This document shows positions 1-11,340 of a DNA stretch of 64,000 nt, in pieces. The stretch covers positions 729,378-793,377 of the forward strand of contig NW_003314268.1 in NCBI RefSeq assembly GCF_000143415.4, in the 5' to 3' direction. The notes under the pieces are model-generated. The model worked only from the letters and a program-made list of their open reading frames with translations, was not told the DNA's origin and searched no databases. This DNA is from Selaginella moellendorffii (lineage: Eukaryota > Plantae > Lycopodiophyta). A program made the position numbers and the translations under genes. How positions within the stretch are numbered: position 1 is the first letter of the stretch; the number at the start of each line of letters is the position of its first letter.

Positions 1-199
1 ATGGTAAAGTTCACGAGTTTTTCGGGGGATGCCTTGCCAAGCGGCTGCGCCGCAAGCCCTAGCGTGCTCTAGGTATCATCTTGTTGCTAGGATCAAAGTC
101 GGATCTCGGACCTTTCAGAGATTCAAACATTATGAATTTGAACATTAAATCATCGTTTTTACAGCTAAATCAAAGAAAATGATATGAAAAAAACTATCA

Positions 200-3100
200 C
201 GAGTCTGAACTATTCCGCTGCTCACTGCTCTTTAGCTGCTTCCACTTTTCTTTTTGAAGCTGCTGCCCCTGCTTGGTTTAAGAAATTTTTCGTCTTTAAG
301 CTGCTCAATCTTTGCTGCTCGATCTTAGCTGTTTCAGCCTGCTCCCTTTCTCTCCAAGTTTTAAAATCATCTTACAGTTTTCCATTCCCACTTGCTCGAT
401 TCTTATGATCTCTGACGCTGGTTTTATCTTTCGCTGCTTCAAGTCCTGCTCCACCCTCATTTACATATTCTTCTGGCGGCCTCCTATGATCTGGACCAAG
501 TTGGCAGTCAGACTATTTTCCAAATAGAAAAGAAACATAATCTCTCAACTCACAAGTTGGCCAGAATAAGCAGCTCCTTAGCGTAGTCTCTGAGATGTTT
601 TATTTATTTAGTCTCGAAGAGACGGCCTCCAACGATCTGGACCAAGTTGGAGCTCAGAAGATATTCCACCAGAGGAGAAAATTAAAAAACAAAAAAATAC
701 CATAGGATTTGTTGCTGATACTAAAGGAGCTACCATCACAATTTGTGTGTCGCTGCAGCTTGCTTCTTCTGTTTAACAACACGGATGAAATGAATGGAAG
801 AGGAAAAAACGAATGACTCTACGTACCCTCGGTCCACATTTCTCGATTGTAAAGGTGGCCATTGAACCTCTGAATCGCTTTGCACCAGCTTCCACGTTCC
901 ATGAAACTCGTCCGATCTTCTGTCTTTATGACTCTAGCTTCGTCTTAGAGTTCGCTCCAGCTCTTGTAGTCTCCGCATGTCAGGGGCGAACATCAGCCGT
1001 TTTTCAGTCTTTGTGAAGCCGAACCTCTGGCTCCGCCGCCACAAGCAGTTTCTTCGAGTTCGAGATCATCTTGCCATCATCATCTTCTATCATCCAAGCA
1101 CCTGTAAGAGTGATCCTGGACAGCATTGAAGCTCTCGTCCCGTTTCCGTCAACTAGAGAGCTTTGTCTTTGATCCGTCTTGGCATCTCATCTTCTCCTTC
1201 ATCTCGCTGTTCTCACGCCAACGTTTGATGGACTCTTCTCCACTCGGCTGGCTGACTGCTCCGATCTCGGCCACTGTCTCGGCGAGCTCCGCTTGAGAAG
1301 CCCAGATCTTGACAAAATTATCTGCTATCTCCCGATTGATCAAGATATCTCCGAAACTTTGGAGTCGAGGGAGGATATCTCCTCGAAGAGGTTGATCTTC
1401 TCTTGACTTAGAAGTGTGGAGACTGGTCTCTGGCGCTTTGGAGGCTTGCTACTGCTTCCCTGTGCTGCTCGAGCTGTCAGTACTTGGCTTGCACCTCTGT
1501 TCTGTATTTGACTCTCGAGAGCTGGTTACTTCTTGAACTTCCATTCTCGTTTCTTCGACGTGCTTAGAACCTCTGGCAGTTAGGGAATGCTTCCGCCACT
1601 TCAGGCCTTGATCGTGCTGAGAAGCTTGAGCGGAAGCATGCAAAAACACAGCTTCCTGCGAAGCCAGATGCTCCTTCTTGTCGCATGTAGCGTCCATCTG
1701 ATCCGTCAAACCTCTGCTCTCACATCGGTTCTCCTCGGCTTGTCTTCTTCATCCTTCAGAGCTCCTCGCCCAAAGCTTTGCTTTGCATCTGGCACGTCTC
1801 TCTCTCCTCCAGCGCCTCGAGTCCCGTGATCCTCTCCATCAGCTGCCAGTTACTTGCTTCTCCAGCCTCGCCTTTGCGCTTCCAAACTCCGCCATCACGT
1901 GCTCTCGCCGAGAGCTCCACCTCGTGCAGCGGATTCGACTCCGTCAGCCATTATCCCCTGGGGCTTCTCCTTCAAGAACTCCTGTCCGAACACTTCCCTC
2001 ATTCCACCAGATGACAGAGAACGTCTAGCGTAGTCTGTCTTATAGTCTCTGCAGCCATCCGAAACCCCAGTCACGAGGAGCTTCAGCTATATCGTCTTCT
2101 CGCCATCTTGCAGCCATCTGACACTGGTTTACGTCGTTCCTCGCTACTATCATGGACAGCCTTACCGCAGCAGGCGCTCCTGAATCATCTCCGTCCACTG
2201 GAAAGCCGAGAAGATAGATCCCTCCTTGCTCCAGACACTGTAGAGTGTAGCCCAACTTGATCCATTGATCTTCTCTTGACTTAGAAGAGTGTGGAGGCGG
2301 GCTAGCCTGTTTAGATGCCGAAGTTTGATGGACTCTGCTGCACTTCCAGCCGACTGCTCCGCCTGGAGCCTCGTCAACCGCTGCTTTCGACTCTCCATCT
2401 CGGCCACCATCTTCCGAAACTTTCAATTCCAGTCGTTGATCTTCCCTCGACTTAGAGTGTGGAGACTGGTCTTTAGCTCAGACTTGACGCTTTAGTGACC
2501 TGCTACTGTGGTGCTCGACTTGCTTGGATATTTGGCCACAGCTCCGAGTTTTCCCGCTCCAACTTTTGGATTTGATTTCCCTTGAAGCAATCTGACACTG
2601 AGTTCTTTGCTGATACTTTCATCCGAGCAGCTGTACGAGCATTCCTGGACAGCCCTGACCCGTTTTCAAAGTCTCTGTCAACTAGAGAGCTCTACCAGAT
2701 GACAGAGAACGTCGAGTGTAGTCTGTCTTATAGTCTCTGCAGCCCTCTCTGTGAATCCGAATACCCCCACCGTCACGAGCAGCTTCAGCTGTATCATATT
2801 CTCGCCATCACCATCTCGTTGCAGTCGTTCCCTTGCTACTATTCCTTCAAGCTGTGAACATTATACCGCAGCAGTATCTCCTGTCTCATCTCCGTCGACT
2901 GGAAAGCTGATAAGATAGATCTCTCCTTGCTCCAGACACTGTAGAGTGTAGTCAAACTTGATCCATTGATCTTCTCTTGACTTAGAAGAGTGTGGAGGCT
3001 GGTCGCTGGCCTGTTTAGACGCCTGAAGTGTGATGGACTTCTCCGCCTGGAGCCCTGAGACACGGTTGTCACGCACTGCTTTCACGTCTTGGACAGTTGC

Positions 3101-3459
3101 AAATCTTTGGAGTCGAGTCCTCGAGAAGGTCGATCTTCTCTCGACTTAACTGGTCTATAGCTTTAGTGGCCTCCTCCTGTGCTGCTCAACTTGCTTGGAG
3201 ATCCAACTTCTGGATTTGACTCTTGAGAGTTGGCTTCTCCGATGCTAGAGTCCGAGCACTGGCCTCCAGTTGACCAATCCTTGCAGCCAACTTCTCGAGC
3301 TCGGAGCCAACTTCATTTCTCGTTTCTTCAACGTGCTTAGAACAGTTTGCTCGTGTTCTCTTCTCAGGTAAACCCAGGGTCTAGTCGTCTTAGAGTTCGC
3401 TCCAGCCCGGCCGATCATCTTCTCGCCATCATGGTTCCGACAAAACAAACACTCATCGT
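200..3459 (-). pseudogene. Fragmented long coiled-coil protein gene with internal module duplications
   Basis: Heptad-like peptides (LAARIGQLEASARTLASEKPTLKSQIQKLDLQ; LHTLLSQEKIN) broken by stops and frameshifts; GT-AG intron at 769-826 (58 nt). Confidence 0.65.
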
Positions 3460-4176
3460 TCACTTCAGCTCTCTACAACAAACACGGAAGTTATTAGCAA
3501 ACGGCCATCTGGAATCTGGAAGGTATATCAAACTTACCTGTCTCCTCTTGAATTCGGCAACAAAATCTCTCCCCGCACGATCATATAGTTCTTTTGCCTC
3601 CTTCACGAAGACCACCTCGCCGGACTGAAGCTTCTTCCACGGTTTCCTCTCACTCGGGATCCTATCCAGCATTTTCTGGAGCCTCATCATCTTCCGCGCT
3701 CGCTTGATCCTCTCTCGGTCGCTGGATTTGCCGTTGAGCTCCTCGTAAAGCTGCTCGGTGAGTCTGATCAGAATCCGGAGCGCGCTAACACTCCAAGACT
3801 TTTCCTCGTGCTTCTCCTCTTCTGTTTCCTCGCGCTTTTCCTCTTCCAAGCTGCGGATCTTCTTCTCGGTTTTTCCCCTCTGGTTTAGCCACCGGTTTGC
3901 CTTGTGGAAAGCTTCGAGATACGCGAACTCAACATAGCCCCCTCGGCCATCGCTAAGATGGGTTTCACTCCGCCGTCGGGTGCCGTCGGGAAGAATGTCC
4001 TCCGCTGAGGAAGAGAAGCGAACCATCTTCGGCCTGGAACCTGCAAGTCCAGAAGGCCATCGTGAGTCACAGTAGAAGAAGAATGCGAGAAGCAAAAGGA
4101 ACCATACCTGGACGACGACCCCCGGCTGGCAGTAGAATTGGCTTGGGTCGCTGCTCCTCCTGCTTGGGTTTGTCAT
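3460..4176 (-). CDS. Helical K/E/R-rich ORF, probable frameshifted continuation of the 292-aa ORF
   Basis: Overlaps the upstream ORF by 110 nt; protein-like only from CDSRWP (~4070) onward; DSRWP occurs twice. Confidence 0.45.
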   Translation of the reverse strand: MTNPSRRSSDPSQFYCQPGVVVQVWFLLLLAFFFYCDSRWPSGLAGSRPKMVRFSSSAEDILPDGTRRRSETHLSDGRGGYVEFAYLEAFHKANRWLNQRGKTEKKIRSLEEEKREETEEEKHEEKSWSVSALRILIRLTEQLYEELNGKSSDRERIKRARKMMRLQKMLDRIPSERKPWKKLQSGEVVFVKEAKELYDRAGRDFVAEFKRRQVSLIYLPDSRWPFANNFRVCCRELK

Positions 4177-4945
4177 TCTCCTGCTGCTTCATCTTCTCTT
4201 GATCGTCTTCCCGTTCCAGAGGCTGCTTGATCGGCTTGATCATCTGCTCCTCCTCTTGTTCCAGCTGCTGCTTCATCGGCTTCATCCGCTGCTCCTCCTC
4301 CTGTTCCTGCTCTTGCTTCATCGGCTTGATCGGCTTGATCGGCTGATTCGGCTGATTCTTCTCCTCTCGTTCCAGCTGCGGCTGCTCCTTGTGACCTTGC
4401 TCCTGTTTCACCTCGCGCCTGAGTTCCTTCGTCTCATGGGCTTCTTTCTCCTGCTCCTCCTCGCTCAGCTGCTCAGCTTTCTTCTCTTGCTCCTCCTCCT
4501 TCAGCTGCTTCTCGGCTTCCTTTTCCTCCTCTTGTTCCAGCTTCATCGGCTTCATCTGATCGGCTTCTTTCTCCTCCTCGTTCACCTGCTCGGCTGTCTT
4601 CTCTTCCTTCAGCTGCTCCGCTTTCTTCTCTTGATTCTCCTCTTCGTCCTCTTTCTCTTGTTCCGGCTTGATCGGCTTGATCGGCTCCTTGTGCCCTCGC
4701 TCCTGTCGTATCGCTTCTAAGACGATTTTCACCTCGTGCCTGAGTTCCTTCAACTTCAAGGCGGCGGCGTCCATGGCTTCTCCCGAGACGGCCTCACAGA
4801 CACGATCTTGGACCTTCAGCTTCGAGGCCGCCGCGTCCATGGCTTCCGGGTGGACCTTGTTGTCGCCCTTGTGCGCCTTTTTTGGTCGAAAGAGAGACCA
4901 CAAACCTGTGACGCATCCACTGCGCTCCTGCTCTGTTCGCGCCAT
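4067..4945 (-). CDS. Orphan 292-aa E/K/Q-rich low-complexity protein with PIKPIKP/MKPMK repeats
   Basis: Longest ORF in the window; ATG start; CpG-rich; internal repeats (EAMDAAAxKLK x2); same protein in copy B; no recognisable domain. Confidence 0.6.
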   Translation of the reverse strand: MARTEQERSGCVTGLWSLFRPKKAHKGDNKVHPEAMDAAASKLKVQDRVCEAVSGEAMDAAALKLKELRHEVKIVLEAIRQERGHKEPIKPIKPEQEKEDEEENQEKKAEQLKEEKTAEQVNEEEKEADQMKPMKLEQEEEKEAEKQLKEEEQEKKAEQLSEEEQEKEAHETKELRREVKQEQGHKEQPQLEREEKNQPNQPIKPIKPMKQEQEQEEEQRMKPMKQQLEQEEEQMIKPIKQPLEREDDQEKMKQQENDKPKQEEQRPKPILLPAGGRRPGMVPFASRILLLL

Positions 4946-5023
4946 AGCTTGCCCTTTGCAAAATGCCTTTAATGCCCTAACCCTTACTAAATCTATTTCA
5001 CTTTAATGCGTTCGTTTACATTT

Positions 5024-5241
5024 CTCGGCAGTGACTTAGGCAGCGCCCTGGCTCTTGAAACTCAGGCACGCTGGAACCAGCTCACAGGCTGCATCCCAGA
5101 AGATGTTTACACACTCTCATCTCTCAATATCTAGACTTGAGTCTGGAACAAGTCCCTGGAGCTGGTTTCTAATGCTTCCAGCTTGAGAGTGCTGATCAAA
5201 CCAGCTACTGGATACCATCTGACCTCAGTAAACTTTCCAGA
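5024..5241 (+). pseudogene. Plant-type extracellular LRR (LRR-RLK/RLP-like) fragment, ~3 repeats, frameshifted
   Basis: WNQLTGCIPEDVYTLSSL / QYLDLS / ELVSNASSLRVL / NQL / IPSDLSKLS across frames matches LxxLxxLxLxxNxLxGxIP. Confidence 0.75.
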
Positions 5242-5878
5242 AGAAAACAAAGAAACGAGATGGTAGCTATAGTAAGTACAGTCTTTATGTGCTTTCTTTG
5301 TTGGTGAATGTTTAGATGCTTACCCTAGATGTGCCATTCTTAACATGCAAACTTTTTGACATGACAAAACTTCAAGAGCATTGAATTCACAAGGTAAGTG
5401 CTCTCTATCATTCTCCTTAAAGCTTATGCTTTACGTCATGCAGGAAAATGCAAGTCAATTTTGGTCATGTTTGCTGTTGAGCTGCATCTTGTTACCAAGC
5501 ACACATACTTCTGCCACCAATTTGCTTTTTGAAACTTTTGTATGACATTGAATTTAGCAGACACAAAACTTTTTATTTGTTCTTTTTTAGATACAACGTC
5601 CTATGAGTCCATTCTGAGTTCATCGTCAAGCTCAGGTGGTTCAGAGGAAGGAGGAGAAGCTGTTTTTAGTGATGGAGAGCATGTGGAGTTCGAGGACAAT
5701 ATTAGGGATGATGCTGTTGCTTATATGGTGGAAGAATCGTCATCAGATGGAGATCATTATGCAGAGAAACTTATGTAGAGAAACACTTGATACAATCCTT
5801 TCTACTAAGCAAAGAGCCCATTAGGTAAATTATACACTGTAAAATTGGGAAAATAAACAAATACCAATCATCCACTTT

Positions 5879-7027
5879 TGTAGCGCACTTGGTTTTTACC
5901 TCCTATCCTATGGTGATTTACCATAGGATAACACTATGAAGCGGAACCTAAACCCTCTATGTGCCAAGTGTTATATCCCATGTGTCACATGCCACGTGTC
6001 CAAATGACAGTGGTGTGGAACTTGAGGTTCAAGGCCTTGGGCCACTAAACGAAAGAACAAATCCCAAACTCCCAAACATTGGAGCCGAGTGACGGAACTG
6101 GACCACGAAGCAACTCCCAAGCATATAGCCCAAGGAGTGAAGAGACAGGAGCCTAGAGTGACTTGGAACAGTCCTAGAGCAACCAACATCCTAATGATAG
6201 GATCAACATGCAAAACGGAGCCAAACAGAGTTTAGTGTTATTTTGGCATATCGGTGGCCTAACGTAAAGACATGGGTACTTCACTAGCTAGCATGGTGTG
6301 GAACTTGGGCTTAGACCTAAGCCAAATGCAAAACAAGGATAGACATGTAAACAGGAGTTAAACTATGCCTCAGGTTGGTTGGCCATGCACGACCTACCCA
6401 CTATCCCTATTATACATTTGAAACCCCATATAACCTCCCTTCCCCCACTTTGAGGAACACACACTTTGGGCTTTCACCCCAAGCCTCCCTTAGTACCAAA
6501 AGTTAGTCTCTAGAACAAGCTTGAAACTCACTAAATATGGAATGTTCTTAGATTGCAAATTTGAACACGAGATGAACATCATTGTGTTCATAAGAATCTC
6601 TACATTCCGTAGATATGCCAAATAAGTAAATTTGGACACTTTTTATAAATAGCATTTGGGACCAAAATGAGACTAACACAAAAGGTATGATAACAAGAGT
6701 GTTTGGCAAACACAATAAGTTATCATTTAGCAATATTGAGGGACCAAACTCAATATCGTGGGGGTTTTTAATACTAACAAGTACAAGCCAATGACACAAG
6801 TTTCTCAAACTAGGCTAAGTATGCTCAGCAAGAAACACATAAGGGTTCTTACCTTATATTTATCCAATCTAAGTGCATGGTTATTGACTAATTTCTCAAC
6901 TAGCCCAAGTGGGAACTGATAACGGGTCCAACAATACTGACCTCCTGCTATCGTGGCAGTAAGGAAATTGTGTCCGTAAGAACTAGCTGACAAATAACTT
7001 TCGATACCCAAAGTCACATTCGTGACA
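5879..7027 (-). mobile_element. Solo LTR of the ~1.15 kb LTR family
   Basis: TG...CA ends; 5-bp TSD ACTTT (5874-5878, 7028-7032); homologous to the LTRs at 28083 and 34191. Confidence 0.92.
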
Positions 7028-8262
7028 ACTTTATACTCCACATAACATTGCTATTATCTCATTTATATGTGGCAGAAGTGTTTAACAAACTTTGCTCCAA
7101 GTAGTGCAAGAATGGTCATCAAATATTAATCCCAAGTCCTAATATTATCAACCTATAGCAATCATAAAAGTAAACTCAACTCTATTAGCAATGTTAGATC
7201 ATGACCATATATAATACTTTATATGGTAAAACACCCTATACCCTTATGATATACACATATTGAAGACATAAAAAATAACAATCCTATTAAAAATTCTTAT
7301 ACATTGTGATCATCCTTTTGAAGGTTTAATGAGCTATTTCACCAAATCATTCATTTGTGGATGATAAACACTTGTGAAAGTGTGATATATCCTTAGTTAA
7401 AATGTCAAAATATAAAATACCTCATCCATAAATGTAGAACTATTGTCTAAGAAAATCAGCTCTAGATAAGAATGCTAAAACACCACTCAATTAAAGAGAA
7501 AGCATTTAATACCAGTCATAGATGTACTAGCATTAGCACCAACTTCCACCCACCAAGTAAAGTAGTAAAAAGCAATAATAACACACTCATTGATAGTAAT
7601 TGACTATGAAAAAGGCCCTATCAAATAAAATGCCACCAATTCAATATCAAACTACAATTAACTTTAATTATCTTACAACAATAAAGACAGTATTATAAGT
7701 TTAGTACCAAACTCAACTATGCCCATACCAAATAACATCATATCATATCTTTGACCAATAGAAAGATTTATATAACTTTTTAGTCATATGATGATATTTC
7801 ATATACCTAACTTGAATAGAAGAGTTATTATGGGTGTGGAGAAAATATAGAATAAGGCACCACTAGCCTCAAATATGTATCAAAATTAGTCTTCACAAAG
7901 TAAAAATGGTCATCCTCAAGGTGATATTGAAAATATAACTATCAAAATAGCAAGTTATCAATAACTAATATAGAATTCCTAAACCACCCACAAATCCTTC
8001 AAATCCAAAGCTTATCCTTTTGAGTCTTACAAAAGTTCTAGATGTTGTAGACATTGAATATCAAACACAACAACTGATAGTGATACAAAATCTTTGTTTA
8101 AAAACTCTACTAATGTTGAAACAATAAACTTGTCACGAATATAAGAAGAGAGTAAAAAAAGGAGAGGAGGTCAAGAAAGAGTATTAGCATTACCTAGGGC
8201 GATAAACAACCTCAAAATTATATAGCTGAAAGTTTTAGATCCCACTAAGTTGTAAAACTAGC

Positions 8263-8909
8263 TATAACGCATCTTATCTCTCTCCCCTTAAGCCAACTAG
8301 AAAAGGGGCCATTAATTAATAAGAGAGCTTTTAGTGGCTATTTTATCTCTATTTATCCCCCAAGATTCCAAGGATCCACGGTGATAGTATATCCAAATCT
8401 CATTCCATAATCACATATGTTACACTCATCCCCCCTTCAAAGATGTTAATGTCCTCATTTACTATTGACTAATAACCCCTACTAAGCCAAGGGGAATTAA
8501 CACTTCCATTTCTACACTGAATCTACTAATCCTTCCATTATATAGATTAGCTATTCCAAGGGAACCAACACCTCTATTTCCGTACTAAATTTACCAATCC
8601 TTCAATTGTGTAGATTAATTATTCCATGTGAGGCAACTAGTCATTCACTCGTACCGTAGTCCCACGGTGGATACTTTTGTTCATGGATGCTCTACCAAAA
8701 GGAAGGACGTACGCATGGATGCCCACTAATCAATAGGATTTGAACCCATGCCATTTGCTCCGATACCACACTATCTTTCTCCCATTAAACTAACTGGAAA
8801 AGGATGAAAGAGCCCTTAATGGTTATTTTATCCCCATTTATCCCCGAAGGTTCCAAGGATCAACGGTAACAGTATATTTAAATCTCATCCTATGATCACA
8901 TGCGCTAAA
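8263..8909 (-). mobile_element. TRIM (miniature LTR retrotransposon), decayed
   Basis: Two ~140-160 bp direct repeats; PBS ctccgatacca (8758-8768); PPT after 8424; TSD ctagc/ttagc. Orthologous copies at ~26478-26892 (partial) and 53296-53992. Confidence 0.82.
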
Positions 8910-8925
8910 TTAGCAAAGTTCTTCC

Positions 8926-9213
8926 ATGCTTTATTTCGTTAAAGTGAAACTTTTCATTATCCCACTTATGGTATGTGGCCACATGCCATTTTTATAACAA
9001 CAATAAAAAATTGAAGTTTTAGCTTTATAATTTATAAATTAAAAACTTTTCATATGATTTTGTGTTATAATATTGTGAAATATAAAAAAATAAATTAAAA
9101 AACTGATAGAAATATTAATAAATATTAATTAAGTACTAGGAAATGGCATGTGGACACATGCTAATTAATGTCCCACTTTACTGAATAAGTCCCACTTTAA
9201 CGAAATAAAGCAT
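8926..9213. mobile_element. MITE, 288 bp
   Basis: TIR atgctttatttcgttaaagtg; flanked by ttcc/ttcc; absent at the orthologous sites in B (~26905) and C (~53280). Confidence 0.93.
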
Positions 9214-9239
9214 TTCCACTTTAATAATGAAAAGACTAC

Positions 9240-10390
9240 AACATAATCATTTTTTAACAATGTCTAAAAACTATGCAAATATGTATAAATCTTTTTGAAA
9301 CTTTTGTTATCATGGAGTAGTTCACCTTCATTGGTTGCAACGTATGGCTAATATACACAATAGAATTGTATTAACCAAACACAATCATACTCTCTTGCAT
9401 CAACACACCTTTGAGGTAATATCAAAAAGCATCTACAAAAGGTTGAGTGTAGTCAAAATACTCAAAAACTAGAAAAGTTGTCAACACATCTTTGAGATCT
9501 GCGAATGCCTGTTCACAATCCCAAATTAGATGAAAAATAATATGAACAACTTCATTAATGCTTGCAATGATAAAAAAAGACAATAACATGAAAAAGATAT
9601 TGCACCTTGCCAAGAAAGTGTTGCATATTGTTCACGCACTTTGGAGTAAAGAACTTCATAACATTTACAAGTTTGTCAGAATCAATTTGTAAATTTTCAT
9701 GAAAAATATAATACTCAAGATATATGCATTTTAACCGTATCAATGTCAAACTAACTTCCTATAACTGATCCTAATGTTTTACAAAACACCACAAGTGTGT
9801 TCCTCCTATGGCCCCTTAAAGTGGATCAAGACATTATCAATGAAATTAATAGTCACTTTTAACATATTGTAAAGAATATCATCCAAAAAGTCTCTAAAGA
9901 ATTATTCAATCTATACAGCATCACCAAAAATTCATATAAATTAAATGGGTTATAGAAAGTAATATTTAGAACATCCTCCTTATGTAAGCAACTAAATCAC
10001 TTAACCACACCTTTGACTATTTGGAGGAGTTTCACTCACCATTTTTATAAATTTTATTCCCATCTTAAAGACTTGCTAGCCTCATGAATGACTTATATAC
10101 CACTTAGCTTTTGCACTTGGTCCAAATGCTCCATATGTTCAATCCCATGATAAACACTTAAAGATACCAATGACATATCATCTTATTGCACTAAGGTTAT
10201 ATCCATTCACCTTTATCTAATTAATAGCCTAAAACCACCTATACCACAATGTTGTCTTCCAAAGACTTTGCCATCTATCCATGAGTGGTCATCCTATGAC
10301 CACATCTTAGCATCCTTAGGATGCCCAGAGACATAAAGAACACCCTTCCTTGATATCCATTTTTCAGTCCCACCTAATCTCTTTCCATCC
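9240..10390 (-). pseudogene. pol: Degenerate Ty3/gypsy reverse transcriptase-RNase H (also ~26920-28077 and 52112-53270 +)
   Basis: QHFLGKVQYL, WDCEQAFADLKDVLTT..V.EYFDYTQPF..DA and SHTLQPMKVNYS match gypsy RT thumb/RNase H motifs. Confidence 0.8.
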
Positions 10391-11004
10391 ATAGCTATGA
10401 TTGCCAACACTACTACTGGGTTAAGGCCCAAAGGCCTGAAGGCCTAACCACTAAGTCCTATCCACCTCTAAAACTTCCTTGCCACGTGACTATATGTTTG
10501 GTCACTACACAAGAAAACTATTCCTTTTCCTTTCCATAGTCTGGGACTTTTGGATAATATTTCGAAACACTATAGCCCAATACGAACCTCATGGGTACTC
10601 TCCCCACTTTCTACCTCTAAGTGATCTATCCATGTTGCTAGAGCGAAGTTCCAATGAGCCATGCTAGGTATCCAAGTAGGTAATAACACCTACACTTGTA
10701 TGAGACACAAATCCTTAAGCCCTAAACTCTAGACCACTTAAACATTTTAAAGGAAATTAAAACCTTTCTACCTTTGCTCTTCTTGCATCCTCAAACAATA
10801 GCTGCTAAGAGGGTGCCATGTGGTAGTGGCTGAAATGGAAGCCAAACAAGTGTAACACATTTGGACTAAAAGCTCTAACTCGAAAAGTCGAGAGTAGGAG
10901 TGGAACTCCCATTAAAATGCTCAAGGAATAAGCATAAAGCAATTAATAAGCAAGCCTCTCGAAAAGGGAAACAAAAGGATCAACATATGACACATAGAAG
11001 TGTC

Positions 11005-11340
11005 AGAATTGAGTCCGAGATGGACCCGAGATAGAGTCCGAGAAGGAGTCCAAGATAAAGTCCGAATTGGAGTTTGAGATGGATGTGAAATGGAGTCCGA
11101 GAAAGAGTCTGAGATGGACCCGAGATGGACCCAAGATGGAGTCTAAGATAGAGTTTGACATGGACCCAAGATCGAGTCTAGATGGAGTCTAAGAAGCAGT
11201 TTGAGATGGAGCATAAAATAGAGCCTGAGACGGGGACCGGGTCGGGACCAAGATAGAGGCTGAGACCCAGACCAAGATAGAGGCTGGGACCAAGTCCAAG
11301 ACCATGTCCAAGACTTAGTCCAAATTTGAGTCTGAATCCG
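11005..11340. repeat. Degenerate 12/6-bp tandem array (GATGGAGTCCGA-like); also ~35955-36280 and ~50330-51490
   Basis: Visible periodicity: gagtccgagatg / gacccgagatg / gaccaa. Confidence 0.85.

Noticed and set aside
4199-4720. 173-aa Leu-rich ORF resembling a membrane protein (also 23189-23710)
   Set aside because: Antisense shadow of the E/K/Q codons of the 292-aa ORF.
200-4945. Endogenous virus or horizontally acquired origin of the GC-rich island
   Set aside because: No viral or bacterial hallmark protein; spliceosomal introns and a plant LRR point to host origin.
4880-4945. TRM/LONGIFOLIA or LAZY family assignment from GCxxGLxxLF and KVHP
   Set aside because: The motifs are too short and the other family motifs are absent.
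6548-7041. Recurrent short ORFs such as VTLGIESYLS in several places
   Set aside because: They lie within LTR copies; recurrence reflects the repeat, and frames are not conserved.
7033-8257. Possible decayed coding sequence in the AT-rich flank (also 16630-17400)
   Set aside because: No motif could be recovered by eye.
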